Assembly (NCBI GenBank): GCA_050251945.1
Contig: JBFWLW010000002.1
Location: 128,001 to 192,000, forward strand
Length of the DNA: 64,000 nt
Reading direction: 5' to 3'
DNA from: Deferribacterales bacterium
Lineage (GTDB): Bacteria; Chrysiogenota; Deferribacteres; Deferribacterales; Geovibrionaceae
A program made the translations under genes and the position numbers. Under the pieces are notes generated by a model. That model searched no databases, was not told the DNA's origin, and saw nothing but the letters and a program-made list of their open reading frames with translations. The stretch's first letter is position 1. Every line of letters begins with the position of its first letter. Of this stretch, positions 58,594 to 64,000 are shown piece by piece.

Positions 58594-59069
58594 TCCTTAA
58601 TAACTATGGCTGTCGCAAGGGCAGCGATGCCCTCTTCCCTGCCTGTAAAGCCCATTCTTTCCGTGGTGGTTGCCTTAATGGTCACATCCTCCACGCTCAG
58701 CCCCATCACATCCGCAACTGTTTTACGCATGAGCGGTATATGCGGAGCCATCTTAGGTTTCTGCGCTATTATCTCCGCATCGACATTAGATATCTCAAAC
58801 CCTGCCAGCCGGATCATCTCCACGGCTTTTGCAAGGAGTATCTTAGAGTCTATGCCTTTGTATGCAATGTCGGTGTCCGGAAACAGATTTCCTATGTCTC
58901 TGCCCAGTGACGGTCCCGCCACGGCATCCACAATAGCGTGTATCAGGACGTCGGCATCGCTGTGACCGTCCAGTCCGAGATCAAAGTCTATCTCAACCCC
59001 GCCTATGACCAGTCTGCGCCCTCTTGCGAACCTGTGTGCATCAAAACCGATTCCGCTTTTTATCTTCAT
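58590..59069 (-). CDS. ispF: 2-C-methyl-D-erythritol 2,4-cyclodiphosphate synthase
   Basis: GFDAH, GHSDADV, KATTTE.MGFTGR.EG. Confidence 0.96.
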   Translation of the reverse strand: MKIKSGIGFDAHRFARGRRLVIGGVEIDFDLGLDGHSDADVLIHAIVDAVAGPSLGRDIGNLFPDTDIAYKGIDSKILLAKAVEMIRLAGFEISNVDAEIIAQKPKMAPHIPLMRKTVADVMGLSVEDVTIKATTTERMGFTGREEGIAALATAIVIKE

Positions 59070-59172
59070 TCTGAATCCCCTGTAACATTCTATACATTTT
59101 GTCAGAATTTTAAAACATTTTATGTTGATTTAGTCCTTCACATAGATAATATTGGTCATCGGGGGATGATTT

Positions 59173-61140
59173 ATGCAGATACCGATTTTAGCTGATATCA
59201 CGACTATTTTTCTGTTCGCGGCTGTGGCGCTCTTTATTTGCGGGAAACTGAAAATACCTGAAATTATGGGGTATCTTCTCGCGGGCGTACTTGTCGGACC
59301 CAACGGACTGGGGCTGATCCACGCTGTCAAACAGGTTGATATTATGGCGGAGATTGGCGTTGTCCTGCTCCTTTTCACTATAGGAATAGAATTTTCGCTT
59401 TCAACGCTTCTCTCGCTCAAGCGCCCTGCACTCATAGGCGGAAGCTTACAGGTTGCCGGATGCGTCGCCGCGTTCACAGGGGCGGCATATCTTGGAGGTT
59501 ACCAGCTTAACACAGCAGTGGTCATCGGTATGATGGCGGCGGTTTCAGGTACGGCGATCATGCTTAAGGTTTTTGCCGCAAGGGGCGAGGTGGACTCGCT
59601 TTACGGGCGTATATCTCTTGCCGTGTCGATATTTCAGGACATCGCGGTCATTCCCATGATGCTCCTTGTTCCTCTTCTTGCGGGACAGGGCGGCGACATA
59701 TCTGACGTCGGCATAATTCTCGGCAAAGCTGTCATAGTTGTTGTCCTGCTCTTTACATTCGCCAGATTTCTGGTGCCGAAGCTCCTTTACCAGGTTGCTG
59801 CCACCAGAAGCCGCGAGCTTTTCATGATAACCGTGGTTCTTGTCTGTCTGCTCGTTGCGTGGATGACATCCAAAACGGGGCTTTCCCTCGCGCTGGGTGC
59901 ATTTCTTGCAGGTATAGTGGTCAGTGAATCCGGATACGGTCAGCAGGCTCTTGGGGACATAATCCCTTTCAAGGATGTTTTCGCAGGCTTCTTCTTCGTG
60001 TCAATAGGCATGCTGCTGGATCCGTCTGTTGTTATAAACAATCCCGTGATGACCATATCAAGTCTTATACTACTGATACTTATAAAATTTGCCGTAACAG
60101 GCTTCGTTGTGAACGTAATAGGCTATCCGGTGCGGACATCTGTGCTTGCAGGTCTTTCTCTGGCGCAGGTGAGCGAATTCTCATTCATTCTGGGCGCAGT
60201 CGGTGCGACATCCGGTCTGCTCACATCCGACCAGTATTCGTTCTTCATAGCCGTCACGGTGCTTTCTATGGCATCAACACCGTTCCTAATAATATCAGCA
60301 CCTCATGTGGCTGAAATGATCGAAAGGCTGCCGATGCCGCGTGCCTTCCGCGGCGGGTATCTCTCAGAGGAACAGAAAGAACCTGAAAAGGAATTCATCG
60401 ACCACATCATCATCGCCGGTTTCGGCATGAACGGGCGCAACACAGCCAGAGCCGCAAGGGAAGTTGATATCGAATATATTGTTATTGAAATGAATCCGGA
60501 TACAGTTAAAAAAGAAAAACATAACGGCACACCGATATTTTTCGGTGATGCGTCACAGACGGCTGTTCTTGAACACGCATTCCTTAAAACAGCAAGGGTT
60601 ATGGTGATAACCCTGCCGGATCCTGTCGGAGTGCGTAAAATTGTAGAAACGGCAAGACGTGAAAACCCGACGATATACATAATTGCGCGCACAAGATACC
60701 TGACAGAATACTACGCTCTTAAATCTCTGGGAGCCAACGAAATAGTTGTTGAAGAATATGAAACGTCAATCGAAACCTTCTCGCGTGTACTGAAGAAATA
60801 CAGGATACCGCGCGAACAGATAGAGGATATAGCAAACAATATCCGTACTGAGATAATGGGCAAACCGGGGGAAATGATAACTGGCGGGCTGGACGGCTCA
60901 ATGAGTATAGCGAACATGAACGTCAGCAACGTAACCATCCCTGTCGGCTCAACTATCGCCGGAAAGACTGTGCGCGAGGTGGATATCCGCTTCCGCTATA
61001 AACTCAATCTGCTGGCTGTTAACCGCGGCATGGACACCATATCAAACCCCGGAAGCGATTTTGTTCTGAACGAAAGAGACGAGCTTATGCTCATGGGTGA
61101 GGAGAAGGATACTGACAACTTTAAGCAGAGCATAGGCTAG
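59173..61140 (+). CDS. CPA2 family cation/H+ antiporter with TrkA-N and TrkA-C domains (Kef-like)
   Basis: Multi-TM N-terminus with FQDI; IIAGFG RCK_N; C-terminal RCK_C. Confidence 0.92.
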   Translation: MQIPILADITTIFLFAAVALFICGKLKIPEIMGYLLAGVLVGPNGLGLIHAVKQVDIMAEIGVVLLLFTIGIEFSLSTLLSLKRPALIGGSLQVAGCVAAFTGAAYLGGYQLNTAVVIGMMAAVSGTAIMLKVFAARGEVDSLYGRISLAVSIFQDIAVIPMMLLVPLLAGQGGDISDVGIILGKAVIVVVLLFTFARFLVPKLLYQVAATRSRELFMITVVLVCLLVAWMTSKTGLSLALGAFLAGIVVSESGYGQQALGDIIPFKDVFAGFFFVSIGMLLDPSVVINNPVMTISSLILLILIKFAVTGFVVNVIGYPVRTSVLAGLSLAQVSEFSFILGAVGATSGLLTSDQYSFFIAVTVLSMASTPFLIISAPHVAEMIERLPMPRAFRGGYLSEEQKEPEKEFIDHIIIAGFGMNGRNTARAAREVDIEYIVIEMNPDTVKKEKHNGTPIFFGDASQTAVLEHAFLKTARVMVITLPDPVGVRKIVETARRENPTIYIIARTRYLTEYYALKSLGANEIVVEEYETSIETFSRVLKKYRIPREQIEDIANNIRTEIMGKPGEMITGGLDGSMSIANMNVSNVTIPVGSTIAGKTVREVDIRFRYKLNLLAVNRGMDTISNPGSDFVLNERDELMLMGEEKDTDNFKQSIG

Positions 61141-61189
61141 GCATAAGTCAGAAGAATTTCCGGTATAGTATATTAGTGCCGAAGTGAGC

Positions 61190-61264
61190 AGATCGCCGCG
61201 TCGCTACCGCTTCCGGCTAAGACGAAAAAGACATACGTTTCTGCGAACTGAGTGAAGCAGTCTC
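61190..61264. repeat. Degenerate REP-like doublet
   Basis: AGATCGCCGCGTCGC..TAAGACG-spacer-CGTTTCTGCGAA..GAAGCAGTCTC. Confidence 0.68.
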
Positions 61265-61337
61265 GTATTTACATATGCAACATGATCATGAATAAAGGAT
61301 AAGGGTGAATCCCGCAGAGCGGAGACTTTATAATGAA

Positions 61338-61466
61338 GATTTCAGGATGAAATCCGCGGAGCTAACGAAGACGGCTTTAGCAGGCTGAGAGAGCAGAGCG
61401 TGAGCGGAATGAAGCTTTTGCTGAATGGAGCGTTGGCATTTTATTTTCATGGACGGAAATAAAATG
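61338..61466. repeat. Family C structured element, copy 2 (inverted relative to 32902-33030)
   Basis: Hairpins GATTT-CAGGATG-AAATC and CATTTTATTTT-CATGGACG-GAAATAAAATG; CGTGAGCG and GAGCGTT linkers conserved. Confidence 0.7.
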
Positions 61467-61478
61467 AATAATAGAATA

Positions 61479-61709
61479 TTATTTATTGTGCTGTTTGAAG
61501 AAATCGACAAGGGAGACGAGGTTTTCTTTTTTGACAGCCTGAAGATTCTCTTCCTTAATGGCTTCGTAAACCTCTTTTCTATGCACACTGACATCTTTAG
61601 GCGCTTCTATGCCTATCTTGACATTTCGCCCTGCGACCTCGACAATGGTTACTTCGATATTGTCGCCGATGATTATGCTTTCGTTTATCTTCCTTGATAA
61701 TACAAGCAT
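61479..61709 (-). CDS. csrA: Carbon storage regulator CsrA
   Basis: [29 protein letters not shown]-terminal extension. Confidence 0.97.
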   Translation of the reverse strand: MLVLSRKINESIIIGDNIEVTIVEVAGRNVKIGIEAPKDVSVHRKEVYEAIKEENLQAVKKENLVSLVDFFKQHNK

Positions 61710-61724
61710 CTGCCTTCCTGTGGT

Positions 61725-62159
61725 TTATTTATTGAACATCGGGGTCTTGATCTGCCACTTATCTTCTTCCAGAATGACCTGCTTTGCAAGTTTTTTCTCT
61801 GAGTTCATTACCAGCGGCGCCCTGAGGTTCATGGTGGCGTTTTTAGGCTGGTCGGGAACAACGACAATGCAGAACAGTTTCAGCTTGCCCTCATCTTCCG
61901 CCCCAAGAATTTTAAGCTCGCGTTTATTCAGTCTGGGTGTGTACTCCTGAACAAAAAGCTCCGGTTCAACAAGGATGAAACAAATATCCTTGTCCTGAAC
62001 CGACTGGAACCAAAGGAAAGGATAAGACTTTTCGTTCGAGATAAGAATAAAATCGTTCAGGTCGGGAAAGCCCAGCATAGGGGACGACAATGTGATTATA
62101 TCGTTCTCCGTGAAGGAAATTTCCCCCAGCTTACCGGATACTATCTTTCTGGTTTCCAT
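61725..62159 (-). CDS. fliW: Flagellar assembly factor FliW
   Basis: LGFPD..PFLWFQS..TMNLRAPLV.N..KQVIL; adjacent to csrA. Confidence 0.93.
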   Translation of the reverse strand: METRKIVSGKLGEISFTENDIITLSSPMLGFPDLNDFILISNEKSYPFLWFQSVQDKDICFILVEPELFVQEYTPRLNKRELKILGAEDEGKLKLFCIVVVPDQPKNATMNLRAPLVMNSEKKLAKQVILEEDKWQIKTPMFNK

Positions 62160-62242
62160 TGTATCCTCACATATATTGACAGAATTTGCACCCATGAAAT
62201 TCTCCTGTGTTCTGTTAGCATCTTATATCTAATCGGCACTTT

Positions 62243-64000
62243 TTACAGATAATCAAGCAGACTTACATTTAAAAGCAGCGATGTTGATTTCAGCGCATAC
62301 TGGTAAGCCGTTTCCGCAACCGTGAGATCCGCCGAAGCCTGTGTCTGGTCTATAAGGGTCGATCCCGTATATTTCGCTTTCAGCTCCTCAGTTGTGAGCT
62401 TAAGCGACTGGTTAAACGTTATCGCGGATTCCGCTTTGCTAGTGCTGTTGCCGACAGTGGTCAGCGCGGAAAGAACCTGAGATTCCGCCTGTGCCAGCAC
62501 GTCCAGTTCATATTCGATACCGGAACCCACAGCCGCCGTGAAAGAATCCGTGGCATAAAGGTAGCCCGCGTCATAATACTGATAAACGCCGTCCGCTACA
62601 TAATATTTCTCGCCTGCGGTGTCCATCGAATATGTATTTATAAGTTCGCCGTCGTCTCCTGTGACCTTTATCTTAACAGAATCGCCCGCTTTGGCAAAAC
62701 CAAGCGTGCTTTCGTAGTCGCCGGAAACGGCTGTTCCTGTTGCACCGCTGAAAACGAAACCTATGCCGTCAGAGCCTGTCAGTTCAGCCTGAACCACGCC
62801 GCTGATACCGGCATCGGAGAGTTTTTCATTAATGTTCGCGATGATGTCTTCATATGTCATGAAGTTTTCGGCGTCAACCTCAATACTCACAGTGTGGTCG
62901 GTACCGTCGTTGTACGAGAAGGTCAGAGTTCTTTGCTCGGAGTTCTTCTCGCTGAGATCCATAATGACTGCGGACCGGTTTACAACAGTATCGGCTCCGA
63001 CTTTGTTCTGGAAGCCGAGGGCGCCTGTTTCATCGCCTGAAACTATAATATCGGATGTTGGACCGGAAAATGAAATTAAATTTCCGGCATCAAGCGAAAC
63101 ACTGACTCCGGCAGGGAGCTGAGGCGTTATGACAGCCAGCAGCGCCGTACTGTCCGCATAGTCCACATTCGGTACGGTTACGGTGGTGTTTTGCCATGCC
63201 GAGCCGTCGTAGTAGTCAATGTCCAGCGTCACGGGATTATCCAGATTGCTGAGAGCAAGCTCCGCTGTGGTCTCGGCTCTTGCGGGATAAGTATCGTCCA
63301 TACCCATGACATAGGCGGACAGGTCATCGTCATAGTTTACATCTATCTCCGTTGCACCTGAGTTCGTATCAATACGAAGCTGTCCGTTATCGTTGTAAGC
63401 CCTTACGCCCATCTGCTGAAGGTCGTAATCAGCATTTATCTGCGCAACAAAATCGTCCAGTTTGTCTGCCGCCGTGGCTGCGGATGAGGAAAAGTTTCTT
63501 GTCACTTTCCCGTCTTCATTATTCAGCACCAGCTCAAAGCCCACTGTGCCGACGTTCAGGTCTTTGAAACTCGATGATGTCCACTCCTGTTTTTTCTGGA
63601 GATAGAAATCACTCTGCGAATCGGTATACTGAACTTCAAAGTTAAATATCTCGTTATAGTTTCCGCGGAACTCACCGTCCAGATAAGGAACGGCAGACGA
63701 GCCGAGATCCTCTTTTGACCATGAGCTCGGAGCTCCGATACCTGAATCGGGAATGTTCATTTCAAGGGCGAAATAGAGGTTTTCAAGGGATTTGAAAACG
63801 TTGACATTCTCACCTTTTTCGGTAACGTTCAGGTCGCCGAAGCTAAGGTTTGAGTTCGCGGTCAGCTCTACCTCGAACGATGTTGTGATAGGTGTCGCGG
63901 AATTGGCGATGTCGCCGAGCTGTATCTTAACCCCGTTGCCTATCTCTATTTCTCCGCCGTTGTACGATGCCTTTGAGATGGGGCTGGCGGAGTTGTCATA
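62243..64000 (-). CDS. flgL: Flagellar hook-associated protein 3 (FlgL), enlarged, 5'-truncated by the window edge
   Basis: Frame is open to base 64000; flagellin-type C-terminus (AYQYALKS...SLLDYL); upstream of fliW-csrA. Confidence 0.78.
   Translation of the reverse strand, partial: YDNSASPISKASYNGGEIEIGNGVKIQLGDIANSATPITTSFEVELTANSNLSFGDLNVTEKGENVNVFKSLENLYFALEMNIPDSGIGAPSSWSKEDLGSSAVPYLDGEFRGNYNEIFNFEVQYTDSQSDFYLQKKQEWTSSSFKDLNVGTVGFELVLNNEDGKVTRNFSSSAATAADKLDDFVAQINADYDLQQMGVRAYNDNGQLRIDTNSGATEIDVNYDDDLSAYVMGMDDTYPARAETTAELALSNLDNPVTLDIDYYDGSAWQNTTVTVPNVDYADSTALLAVITPQLPAGVSVSLDAGNLISFSGPTSDIIVSGDETGALGFQNKVGADTVVNRSAVIMDLSEKNSEQRTLTFSYNDGTDHTVSIEVDAENFMTYEDIIANINEKLSDAGISGVVQAELTGSDGIGFVFSGATGTAVSGDYESTLGFAKAGDSVKIKVTGDDGELINTYSMDTAGEKYYVADGVYQYYDAGYLYATDSFTAAVGSGIEYELDVLAQAESQVLSALTTVGNSTSKAESAITFNQSLKLTTEELKAKYTGSTLIDQTQASADLTVAETAYQYALKSTSLLLNVSLLDYL

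Noticed and set aside
62230..62256. Sigma28 promoter upstream of fliW (GCCGATTA on the minus strand)
   Set aside because: The -10 is good but the -35 at the expected spacing is TTGA rather than TAAA; too weak to call.

Overview
A gene-dense 64 kb bacterial chromosomal window. Gene content suggests a motile, Gram-negative anaerobe; a Deferribacterales-like origin is my impression only. Most of it is housekeeping: rng, rlmE, larB, serS, bamD, rimO, ribF, pcrA, cysE-Rrf2-iscS, nth, mltD, folE2, rnhB, hypAB, coaE, ispF and flgL-fliW-csrA. It also holds an ArsR-TolC-MFP-RND-DUF2892 efflux operon, a ModE-regulated molybdate locus, an orphan AT-rich TIR-domain gene and a 16 kb surface-glycan cluster. 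The cluster combines CDP-3,6-dideoxyhexose genes with a ThDP enzyme, SDR, AroB-like cyclase, HpcH aldolase and a Gtr-like transfer module. The intergenic DNA carries several families of non-coding elements. (i) Three MITE copies with IS1182-like ends, each flanked by a 20-25 bp duplication of a terminator hairpin and carrying REP-like cargo with nested inserts. (ii) Many CGTC-type REP-like palindromes. (iii) A ~120 bp long-hairpin family. (iv) A ~130 nt multi-hairpin element with CsrA-consensus loops, one copy next to csrA. A 55-aa ferredoxin missing from the ORF track was added. No rRNA, tRNA, CRISPR array or transposase gene was seen.
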